From the NCBI GenBank assembly GCA_964016885.1, contig OZ024741.1, positions 34,162,001 through 34,226,000 on the forward strand: a DNA stretch of 64,000 bases, written 5' to 3'. Position numbers and translations under genes: made by a program. Numbering within the stretch: the stretch's first letter is position 1; the number at the start of each line of letters is the position of its first letter. The DNA is from Eledone cirrhosa (taxonomy: Eukaryota). The notes beneath the pieces were generated by a model. It was not told the origin of the DNA. It saw only the letters and a program-made list of their open reading frames with translations, and did no database searches. Below are positions 53,554-64,000 of this stretch, piece by piece.

Positions 53554-54074
53554 AGATAGACAGATATGTAGGTAGAAAGATGTACAGGTATGTAGATAGA
53601 TAGACAAATATGTAGGTAGAAAGATGTACAAGTATGTAGATAGATAAATAGATAAAACTAACAGCTATATAGATAAAGGAATAAGGAGATAGATGTTTTT
53701 ATTGTTATAGAAAGCTGTTCATATGACTACTGACCATCTTCTCAACACTGTTGTGAGAGATGGGGAGAGGGAAGAAGATATTAAATTACCACTTACCAAA
53801 CAAATCTAGTAACACATGGTTGTCATGTGTTTCTTGTGTTTTATTATACAAGATTATATATCTCTCAAAAGTTGCACATTAATCTGTAAAAAATGAAAAT
53901 ATCTACAATTTTTTGTTTACAAATCTCATGTTCAACTAATTACGAACAACATGGTAAAGTGATTGATTAATTTCAATAGCTGTATTGTGTGGTTGATGAT
54001 CGATATGTTGACATCTGGAAATAACAATGTGCATTTGTATGTGTGTATGTGTGTGCATATATATACATATATAT

Positions 54075-54720
54075 CATCATCATTGTTTTTACGTCTGTTT
54101 TACCATGCTTGCATGGTTTAGATGGGTCCTCTGTGAGTCTCAGCAACTCACCACCTCTGCCCAAGTCTTTCTTGGTCTACCTCTACTGTGGCTTCCTCCC
54201 ACAGACATTTCCTGGCACTTTTACACCCAGCAATCATCATCCATGCACATCACATCACTTTGGATTCCTCTTAAACCAAGCTTTGCCCTCATATATAAGC
54301 TCATCTATGCTTTGTCATTCAGGGATATTAACATTGCACATCCATCAAATCATGCTCATTCATTCCTCTCCAGTTTTCACATATCCTCTACATTCATTAC
54401 CCATGTCTCACTACCATGCACTATCATATATCTCACACAGGCATCATAGAATTGGCCTTCATTCATAGAGGGAAACCTTTTGTTGTCAACAGAGGTAGTT
54501 GCTCCCTGAACCTTTTCCAACCTGTTCTTATTCTAGCCACTATGCCCTCAGAGGAACCTCCACCACTTCTATGAATCCGTTCTGGGATAGGAAATGGTTT
54601 ATTTCACTGATGGTCTTACTACCAGCTATCCCTGTGCATCTGCTACTTACAAAATCTACCTTTATCTTACTCTGCTATCCCACTACACCTCATGTGTACT
54701 CAGCATTCACATTGTCTACA
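54075..54720 (-). pseudogene. Old degraded RTE copy
   Basis: CCATGTCTCACTACCATGCA (HGSETW on the minus strand) and a CATCAT..TTTACGTCTGTTTTACCATGCTTGCATGG tail. Confidence 0.7.
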
Positions 54721-55063
54721 TTGTATAGATTTTATACCTACTCCTTTTCTACTCACACACACACACATATATATATATACACACATATATACATATGTTA
54801 TGGAAAAAACAGCAGTAAAATGATGATAATGAATGTTTTTCAGTCTCTCTCTCTCTCTCTTTGTCTCAGTCTTTCTCTCCCTGTCTTCCTCTCCCTCTCT
54901 CTTCCTCTCCCTCCCCACCCCTCTCCCCTATCTTTCTCTCTCACCCAAACCTCCTCTCTCTCCCACCTCCCACCTCTCTCTACCAATTCATCAATACCAA
55001 CACAAACTGATGTAATGCTAGAAACAGATTCATTTACAGACACTTGAATTAAACTGAAATCAT

Positions 55064-55660
55064 TGGTGGTGGTGGCAGTAGTGGTGGTAGTGGCAGTGGT
55101 GGTGGTGGTAGTAGTAGTGGTGATGATAGTGACGGTAGTGGTGGTGGTGGTGGCAGTGGTGGTAGTGGTGATGATAGTGACGGTAGTGGTGGTGGTGGTG
55201 GTGGTGGTGATGATAGTGACGGTAGTGGTGGTGGTGGTGGTAGTGGCAGTGGTGGTGGTGATGATAGTGACGGTAGTGGTGGTGATGGCAGTGGTGGTAG
55301 TGGTAGTAGTAGTGGTGGGGGTAGTGGCAGTGGTGGTGGTGGTAGTAGTAGTGGTGATGATAGTGACGGTAGTGGTGGAAGTGGTAGTAGTAGTGGTGGT
55401 GGTGGCAGTGGTGGTAGTAGTGGTGGTGATGATAGTGACGGTAGTAGTAGTAGTAATGGTGATAGTGGTGGTGGTAGTAGTGGTGGCAGTGGTGGTGATG
55501 ATAGTGACGGTAGTAGTAGTAGTGGTGGTGGTAGATGGTAGTGGTAGTAGTGGTGGTGGTGGTGGTGGTAGTAATGGTGGTAGTAGTGGTGGTGGTGGTG
55601 GTGGTAGTAGTTGTGGTGGCAGTGGTTGCAGTAGTGGCAATGGTAGTGGTGGTGGTATGT
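55064..55660. repeat. GTG/GTA low-complexity repeat with a recurring GTGATGATAGTGACGGTAGT motif
   Basis: Read directly. Confidence 0.9.
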
Positions 55661-56918
55661 GCATTAATAGTAATAGTGTGTTTTAATGGTGGTTATGTGT
55701 GTGTGTAGTAGAATGGCAATCAATTGTTAGAGCATTGGATAGAATCATCATCATCATTATCACTTTCCCTGCTAGCAAGGGTTGGACAGGTCTACAAAGA
55801 CCAAGTCAGTACTGAAGCAGGGCTACTGATCTCCCAGACAAATCAGGGATAGGGATCTGTGTCTCGGTTATGTATAGTCTCACATCCCACCAAGAATGTG
55901 ATGTGATAGTTGGTCTGGCTCTGTGCTCTTGGCCCCATCCTGCCAAGGTCTGTTTTGTCTTTCATCTTTTCAAAGGTTGATAAAGAAAGTACCAGCCCAG
56001 TGTTGGTGCAGCCATCTCTCCCTCTAGTTATCACATCCTGGATTTTCCCTTAAATCAAAGTTATGAGGGTCATGTAAGTGTCTGTTTTTACACATGGACA
56101 CTTAAAACCCATAGTGAAAGCATTGTAACATATTGTTATCAACTCATTCTCAATTGCAAGTAATGGCTATGAATATTTTTATTGTATAATGGTGGTTTTG
56201 CATGTTGGTATAGTGTTTGTTTAGTAGTGATGGTGTTGTATGTATATATATCATCATTTAATGTTCATTTTCCCTGCTAGCAAGTGCTGGATGGGTCTTC
56301 ATAAACTAAGTCAGTACATAAGCAGAGCCACTGACCTTTCAGATGGGATAGGTGGCCTACATCTCGCTTAAATAAATTCTTGTGATCTACCAAGTACATT
56401 TTATCATGGTGCCAACACTAGGAAAGTTATGTCTTTGAGACAGCTGAAGAGTCCTCTCAACCCTTTGTTTTGCAAGCTTCATATGACTGGATGCCCTTTC
56501 TATCACCAACCACTTTACCAAGTGTACTGGGCATGTCTATGATGTAGATCACCAACACTACAGAGGTTGTGCAGTTAACACAACTGAAGAATCTTTTCAA
56601 CCCTTTTTGGCATGGTTTCTACAGCAGAATGTCCTTCCTATTGCCAACCAGCTTACAGAGTGTACTGGGTGCATTTCTCATGGCACCAGCATGAGAGAGG
56701 TTGTTGGACATTGATTCAAATGTAGAGCCGTCTATATTCTATAAGTATATGATGAGTGGGGTGGAATTTGACAGTGGGATAGTAGGGAGTGACCTCCAAT
56801 AGTAAGTGTGAGAGAGTACTGTGATGATGGCAGCTACTATGGTATTCTGACTGGTATGTCAGGATTTTAGAGTGAACAGAATAGCCACTAAGGATTGAAG
56901 CCTGTGTAGGATGATAAT

Positions 56919-59900
56919 GTAAAGTGATGCTGAGAAATAGCTAGTAAAGAGTATGTATTGGGTAGTGGAGTACAGTGATGGTGAGGAATAGCTAGTAAAG
57001 AGTATGTATTAGGTAGTGGAGTACAGTGATGGTGCGGAATAGCTAGTAAAGAGTATGTATTAGGTAGTGGAGTACAGTGATGGTGAGGAATAGCTAGTAA
57101 AGAGTATGTATGGGGTAGTGGAGTACAGTGATGGTGAGGAATAGCTAGTAAAGAGTATGTATTGGGTAGTGGAGTACAGTGATGGTGAGGAATAGCTAGT
57201 AAAGAGTATGTATTGGGTAGTGGAGTACAGTGATGGTGAGGAATAGCTAGTAAAGAGTATGTATTGGGTAGTGGAGTACAGTGATGGTGAGGAATAGCTA
57301 GTAAAGAGTATGTATTGGGTAGTGGAGTACAGTGATGGTGAGGAATAGCTAGTAAAGAGTATGTATTAGGTAGTGGAGTACAGTGATGGTGAGGAATAGC
57401 TAGTAAAGAGTATGTATTGGGTAGTGGAGTACAGTGATGGTGAGGAATAGCTAGTAAAGAGTATGTATTGGGTAGTGGAGTACAGTGATGGTGAGGAATA
57501 GCTAGTAAAGAGTATGTATTGGGTAGTGGAGTACAGTGATGGTGAGGAATAGCTAGTAAAGAGTATGTATTGGGTAGTGGAGTACAGTGATGGTGAGGAA
57601 TAGCTAGTAAAGAGTATGTATTAGGTAGTGGAGTACAGTGATGGTGAGGAATAGCTAGTAAAGAGTATGTATTGGGTAGTGGAGTACAGTGATGGTGAGG
57701 AATAGCTAGTAAAGAGTATGTATTGGGTAGTGGAGTACAGTGATGGTGAGGAATAGCTAGTAAAGAGTATGTATTAGGTAGTGGAGTACAGTGATGGTGA
57801 GGAATAGCTAGTAAAGAGTATGTATTGGGTAGTGGAGTACAGTGATGGTGAGGAATAGCTAGTAAAGAGTATGTATTGGGTAGTGGAGTACAGTGATGGT
57901 GAGGAATAGCTAGTAAAGAGTATGTATTAGGTAGTGGAGTACAGTGATGGTGAGGAATAGCTAGTAAAGAGTATGTATTGGGTAGTGGAGTACAGTGATG
58001 GTGAGGAATAGCTAGTAAAGAGTATGTATTGGGTAGTGGAGTACAGTGATGGTGAGGAATAGCTAGTAAAGAGTATGTATTGGGTAGTGGAGTACAGTGA
58101 TGGTGAGGAATAGCTAGTAAAGAGTATGTATTGGGTAGTGGAGTACAGTGATGGTGAGGAATAGCTAGTAAAGAGTATGTATTAGGTAGTGGAGTACAGT
58201 GATGGTGAGGAATAGCTAGTAAAGAGTATGTATTGGGTAGTGGAGTACAGTGATGGTGAGGAATAGCTAGTAAAGAGTATGTATTGGGTAGTGGAGTACA
58301 GTGATGGTGAGGAATAGCTAGTAAAGAGTATGTATTAGGTAGTGGAGTAAAGTGATGGTGAGGAATAGCTAGTAAAGAGTATGTATTGGGTAGTGGAGTA
58401 CAGTGATGGTAAGGAATAGCTAGTAAAGATTATGTATTGGGTAGTGTAGTACAGTGATGGTGAGGAATAGCTAGTAAAGAGTGTGTATTAGGTAGTGGAG
58501 TACAATGATGGTGAGGAATAGCTAGTAAAGAGTATGTATTAGGTAGTGGAGTACAGTGATGGTGAGGAATAACTAGTAAAGAGTATGTATTAGGTAGTGG
58601 AGTAAAGTGATGGTGCGGAATAGCTAGTAAAGAGTATGTATTAGGTAGTGGAGTAAAGTGATGGTGAGGAATAGCTAGTAAAGAGTATGTATTAGGTAGT
58701 GGAGTACAGTGATGGTGAGGAATAGCTAGTAAAGAGTATGTATTGGGTAGTGGAGTACAGTGATGGTGAGGAATAGCTAGTAAAGAGTATGTATTAGGTA
58801 GTCGAGTACAGTGATGGTGAGGAATAGCTAGTAAAGAGTATGTATTGGGTAGTGGAGTACAGTGATGGTGAGGAATAGCTAGTAAAGAGTATGTATTAGG
58901 TAGTGGAGTAAAGTGATGGTGCGGAATAGCTAGTAAAGAGTATGTATTGGGTAGTGGAGTACAGTGATGGTGAGGAATAGCTAGTAAAGAGTATGTATTG
59001 GGTAGTGGAGTACAGTGATGGTGAGGAATAGCTAGTAAAGAGTATTTATTGGGTAGTGGAGTACAGTGATGGTGAGGAATAGCTAGTAAAGAGTATGTAT
59101 TAGGTAGTGGAGTACAGTGATGGTGAGGAATAGCTAGTAAAGAGTATGTATTGGGTAGTGGAGTTCAGTGATGGTAAGGAATAGCTAGTAAAGATTATGT
59201 ATTGGGTAGTGGAGTACAATGATGGTGAGGAATAGCTAGTAAAGAGTATGTATTGGGTAGTGGAGTACAATGATGGTGAGGAATAGCTAGTAAAGAGTAT
59301 GTATTGGGTAGTGGAGTTCAGTGATGGTAAGGAATAGCTAGTAAAGATTATGTATTGGGTAGTGGAGTACAGTGATGGTGAGGAATAGCTAGTAAAGAGT
59401 ATGTATTGGGTAGTGGAGTTCATTGATAGTTAGGAATAGCTAGTAAAGAGTATGTATTAGGTAGTGGAGTACAGTGATGGTGAGGAATAGCTAGTAAAGA
59501 GTATGTATTGGGTAGTGGAGTACAATGATGGTGAGGAATAGCTAGTAAAGAGTATGTATTGGGTAGTGGAGTTCAGTGATGGTAAGGAATAGCTAGTAAA
59601 GATTATGTATTGGGTAGTGGAGTTCAGTGATGGTAAGGAATAGCTAGTAAAGATTATGTATTGGGTAGTGGAGTACAGTGATGGTGAGGAATAGCTAGTA
59701 AAGAGTATGTATTGGGTAGTGGAGTTCATTGATGGTTAGGAATAGCTAGTAAAGAGTATGTATTAGGTAGTGGAGTACAGTGATGGTGAGGAATAGCTAG
59801 TAAAGAGTATGTATTGGGTAGTGGAGTACAGTGATGGTGCGGAATAGCTAGTAAAGAGTATGTATTGGGTAGTGGAGTACAGTGATGGTGCGGAATAGCT

Positions 59901-62900
59901 AGTAAAGAGTATGTATTGGGTAGTGGAGTACAGTGATGGTGCGGAATAGCTAGTAAAGAGTATGTATTGGGTAGTGGAGTACAGTGATGGTGAGGAATAG
60001 CTAGTAAAGAGTATGTATTAGGTAGTGGAGTAAAGTGATGGTGAGGAATAGCTAGTAAAGAGTATGTATTGGGTAGTGGAGTACAGTGATGGTGCGGAAT
60101 AGCTAGTAAAGAGTATGTATTGGGTAGTGGAGTACAGTGATGGTGCGGAATAGCTAGTAAAGAGTATGTATTGGGTAGTGGAGTACAGTGATGGTGCGGA
60201 ATAGCTAGTAAAGAGTATGTATTGGGTAGTGGAGTACAGTGATGGTGAGGAATAGCTAGTAAAGAGTATGTATTGGGTAGTGGAGTACAGTGATGGTGAG
60301 GAATAGCTAGTAAAGAGTATGTATTGGGTAGTGGAGTACAGTGATGGTAAGGAATAGCTAGTAAAGATTATGTATTGGGTAGTGGAGTACAGTGATGGTG
60401 AGGAATAGCTAGTAAAGAGTATGTATTGGGTAGTGGAGTACAGTGATGGTGAGGAATAGCTAGTAAAGAGTATGTATTGGGTAGTGGAGTACAGTGATGG
60501 TGAGGAATAGCTAGTAAAGAATATGTATTAGGTAGTGGAGTACAGTGATTGTGAGGAATAGGTAGTAAAGAGTATGTATTAGGTAGTGGAGTACAGTGAT
60601 TGTGAGGAATAGGTAGTAAAGAGTATGTATTAGGTAGTGGAGTACAGTGATGGTGAGGAATAGCTAGTAAAGAGTATGTATTAGGTAGTCGAGTACAGTG
60701 ATTGTGAGGAATATCTAGTCTAGAGTATGTATTAGGTAGTGGAGTACAGTGATGGTGAGGAATAGCTAGTAAAGAGTATGTATTGGGTAGTGGAGTTCAG
60801 TGATGGTGAGGAATAGCTAGTAAAGAGTATGTATTGGGTAGTGGAGTACAGTGATGGTGAGGAATAGCTAGTAAAGAGTATGTATTGGGTAGTGGAGTAC
60901 AGTGATGGTGAGGAATAGCTAGTAAAGAGTATGTATTGGGTAGTGGAGTACAGTGATGGTGAGGAATAGCTAGTAAAGAGTATGTATTAGGTAGTGGAGT
61001 ACAGTGATGGTGCGGAATAGCTAGTAAAGAGTATGTATTAGGTAGTGGAGTACAGTGATGGTGAGGAATAGCTAGTAAAGAGTATGTATTGGGTAGTGGA
61101 GTACAGTGATGGTGAGGAATAGCTAGTAAAGAGTATGTATTAGGTAGTGGAGTACAGTGATGGTGCGGAATAGCTAGTAAAGAGTATGTATTAGGTAGTG
61201 GAGTACAGTGATGGTGAGGAATAGCTAGTAAAGAGTATGTATTAGGTAGTGGAGTAAAGTGATGGTGTGGAATAGCTAGTAAAGAGTATGTATTGGGTAG
61301 TGCAGTACAGTGATGGTGAGGAATAGCTAGTAAAGAGTATGTATTAGGTAGTGGAGTACAGTGATTGTGAGGAATAGCTAGTAAAGAGTATGTATTGGGT
61401 AGTGGAGTACAGTGATGGTGAGGAATAGCTAGTAAAGAGTATGTATTGGGTAGTGGAGTACAGTGATGGTGAGGAATAGCTAGTAAAGAGTATGTATTGG
61501 GTAGTGGAGTACAGTGATGGTGAGGAATAGCTAGTAAAGAGTATGTATTGGGTAGTGGAGTACAGTGATGGTGAGGAATAGCTAGTAAAGAGTATGTATT
61601 GGGTAATGGAGTACAGTGATGGTGAGGAATAGCTAATAAAGCGTATGTATTGGGTAGTGGAGTACAGTGATGGTGAGGAATAGCTAGTAAAGAGTATGTA
61701 TTAGGTAGTGGAGTACAGTGATGGTGAGGAATAGCTAGTAAAGAGTATGTATTGGGTAGTGGAGTACAGTGATGGTGAGGAATAGCTAGTAAAGAGTATG
61801 TATTAGGTAGTGGAGTACAGTGATGGTGAGGAATAGCTAGTAAAGAGTATGTATTGGGTAGTGGAGTACAGTGATAGTGAGGAATAGCTAGTAAAGAGTA
61901 TGTATTGGGTAGTGGAGTACAGTGATGGTGAGGAATAGCTAGTAAAGAGTATGTATTAGGTAGTGGAGTACAGTGATGGTGAGGAATAGCTAGTAAAGAG
62001 TATGTATTAGGTAGTGGAGTACAGTGATGGTGAGGAATAGCTAGTAAAGAGTATGTATTGGGTAGTGGAGTACAGTGATGGTGAGGAATAGCTAGTAAAG
62101 AGTATGTATTAGGTAGTGGAGTACAGTGATGGTGAGGAATAGCTAGTAAAGAGTATGTATTGGGTAGTGGAGTACAGTGATGGTGAGGAATAGCTAGTAA
62201 AGAGTATGTATTAGGTAGTGGAGTACAGTGATGGTGAGGAATAGCTAGTAAAGAGTATGTATTGGGTAGTGGAGTACAGTGATGGTGAGGAATAGCTAGT
62301 AAAGAGTATGTATTAGGTAATGGAGTAAAGTGAAGGTGAGGAATAGCTAGTAAAGAGTATGTATTAGGTAGTGGAGTACAGTGATGGTGAGGAATAGCTA
62401 GTAAAGAGTATGTATTAGATAGTGGAGTACAGTGATGGTGAGGAATAGCTAGTAAAGAGTATGTATTAGGTAGTGGAGTAAAGTGATGGTGAGGAATAGC
62501 TAGTAAAGAGTATGTATTAGGTAGTGGAGTACAGTGATGGTGAGGAATAGCTAGTAAAGAGTATGTATGGGGTAGTGGAGTACAGTGATGGTGAGGAATA
62601 GCTAGTAAAGAGTATGTATTGGGTAGTGGAGTAAAGTGATGGTGCGGAATAGCTAGTAAAGAGTATGTATTAGGTAGTGGAGTACAGTGATGGTGAGGAA
62701 TAGCTAGTAAAGAGTATGTATTAGGTAGTGGAGTACAGTGATTGTGAGGAATAGCTAATAAAGAGTATGTATTGGGTAGTGGAGTACAGTGATGGTGAGG
62801 AATAGCTAGTAAAGAGTATGTATTAGGTAGTGGAGTACAGTGATTGTGAGGAATAGCTAATAAAGAGTATGTATTGGGTAGTGGAGTACAGTGATGGTGA

Positions 62901-64000
62901 GGAATAGCTAGTAAAGAGTATGTATTAGGTAGTGGAGTACAGTGATTGTGAGGAATAGCTAATAAAGAGTATGTATTGGGTAGTGGAGTACAGTGATGGT
63001 GAGGAATAGCTAGTAAAGAGTATGTATTGGGTAGTGGAGTACAGTGATGGTGAGGAATAGCTAGTAAAGAGTATGTATTGGGTAGTGGAGTACAGTGATG
63101 GTGAGGAATAGCTAGTAAAGAGTATGTATTGGGTAGTGGAGTACAGTGATGGTGAGGAATAGCTAGTAAAGAGTATGTATTGGGTAGTGGAGTACAGTGA
63201 TGGTGAGGAATAGCTAGTAAAGAGTATGTATTGGGTAGTGGAGTACAGTGATGGTGAGGAATAGCTAGTAAAGAGTATGTATTGGGTAGTGGAGTACAGT
63301 GATGGTGAGGAATAGCTAGTAAAGAGTATGTATTGGGTAGTGGAGTACAGTGATGGTGAGGAATAGCTAGTAAAGAGTATGTATTAGGTAGTGGAGTACA
63401 GTGATGGTGAGGAATAGCTAGTAAAGAGTATGTATTGGGTAGTGGAGTACAGTGATGGTGAGGAATAGCTAGTAAAGAGTATGTATTGGGTAGTGGAGTA
63501 CAGTGATGGTGAGGAATAGCTAGTAAAGAGTATGTAATAGGTAGTGGAGTACAGTGATGGTGAGGAATAGCTAGTAAAGAGTATGTATTGGGTAGTGGAG
63601 TACAGTGATGGTGAGGAATAGCTAGTAAAGAGTATGTATTGGGTAGTGGAGTACAATGATGGTGAGGAATATCTAGTAAAGAGTATGTATTAGGTAGTGG
63701 AGTAAAGTGATGGTGAGGAATAGCTAGTAAAGAGTATGTATTAGGTAGTGGAGTACAGTGATTGTGAGGAATAGCTAGTAAAGAGTATGTATTGGGTAGT
63801 GGAGTACAGTGATGGTGAGGAATAGCTAGTAAAGAGTATGTATTAGGTAGTGGAGTACAGTGATGGTGAGGAATAGCTAGTAAAGAGTATGTATTGGGTA
63901 GTGGAGTACAGTGATGGTGAGGAATAGCTAGTAAAGAGTATGTATTAGGTAGTGGAGTAAAGTGATGGTGAGGAATAGCTAGTAAAGAGTATGTATTGGG
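56919..64000. repeat. 51-bp satellite, >7 kb (~139 units), continuing past the window end
   Basis: Unit GAGTATGTATT(G/A)GGTAGTGGAGTACAGTGATGGTGAGGAATAGCTAGTAAA; 17-aa periodicity in the ORF track. Confidence 0.98.

Noticed and set aside
54840-55686. Poly-Thr and poly-Val ORFs
   Set aside because: Trinucleotide low-complexity sequence open on both strands.
59100-63656. 17-aa repeat protein (STTQYILFTSYSSPSLY) on the minus strand
   Set aside because: The common G/A unit variant creates TAA stops throughout the array; no splice or start context.

Overview
AT-rich, repeat-saturated eukaryotic DNA, most likely a large intron or intergenic region of an octopod (coleoid cephalopod) genome. That assignment is inferred from the SINE and RTE repeat families and the dense (TA)n, (CA)n and (CAT)n microsatellites. 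Almost all long ORFs in the track are low-complexity artefacts. Real coding signal is limited to truncated retrotransposon remnants (RTE-clade RT with a Cys/His finger, CR1-clade RT, a Penelope GIY-YIG C-terminus) and a few candidate + strand exons of an unidentified host gene (best: 35714-35825). Notable structures: (1) four same-orientation, differently 5'-truncated copies of a ~565-bp RT-less element with an RTE-like leader, a 35-aa C2H2 zinc-finger mini-ORF, a 3' stem-loop and a (TA)n tail, stacked in a TA microsatellite (4001-7182); (2) several Penelope-like repeats carrying minimal hammerhead ribozyme motifs, mostly as inverted pairs and concentrated at 45990-50436; (3) a 48-bp hairpin minisatellite expanded from an RTE 3' UTR subrepeat; (4) nested TTAA MITEs; (5) 46-bp and 51-bp satellites, the latter running off the window end. 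All calls were made by eye; no searches were run.
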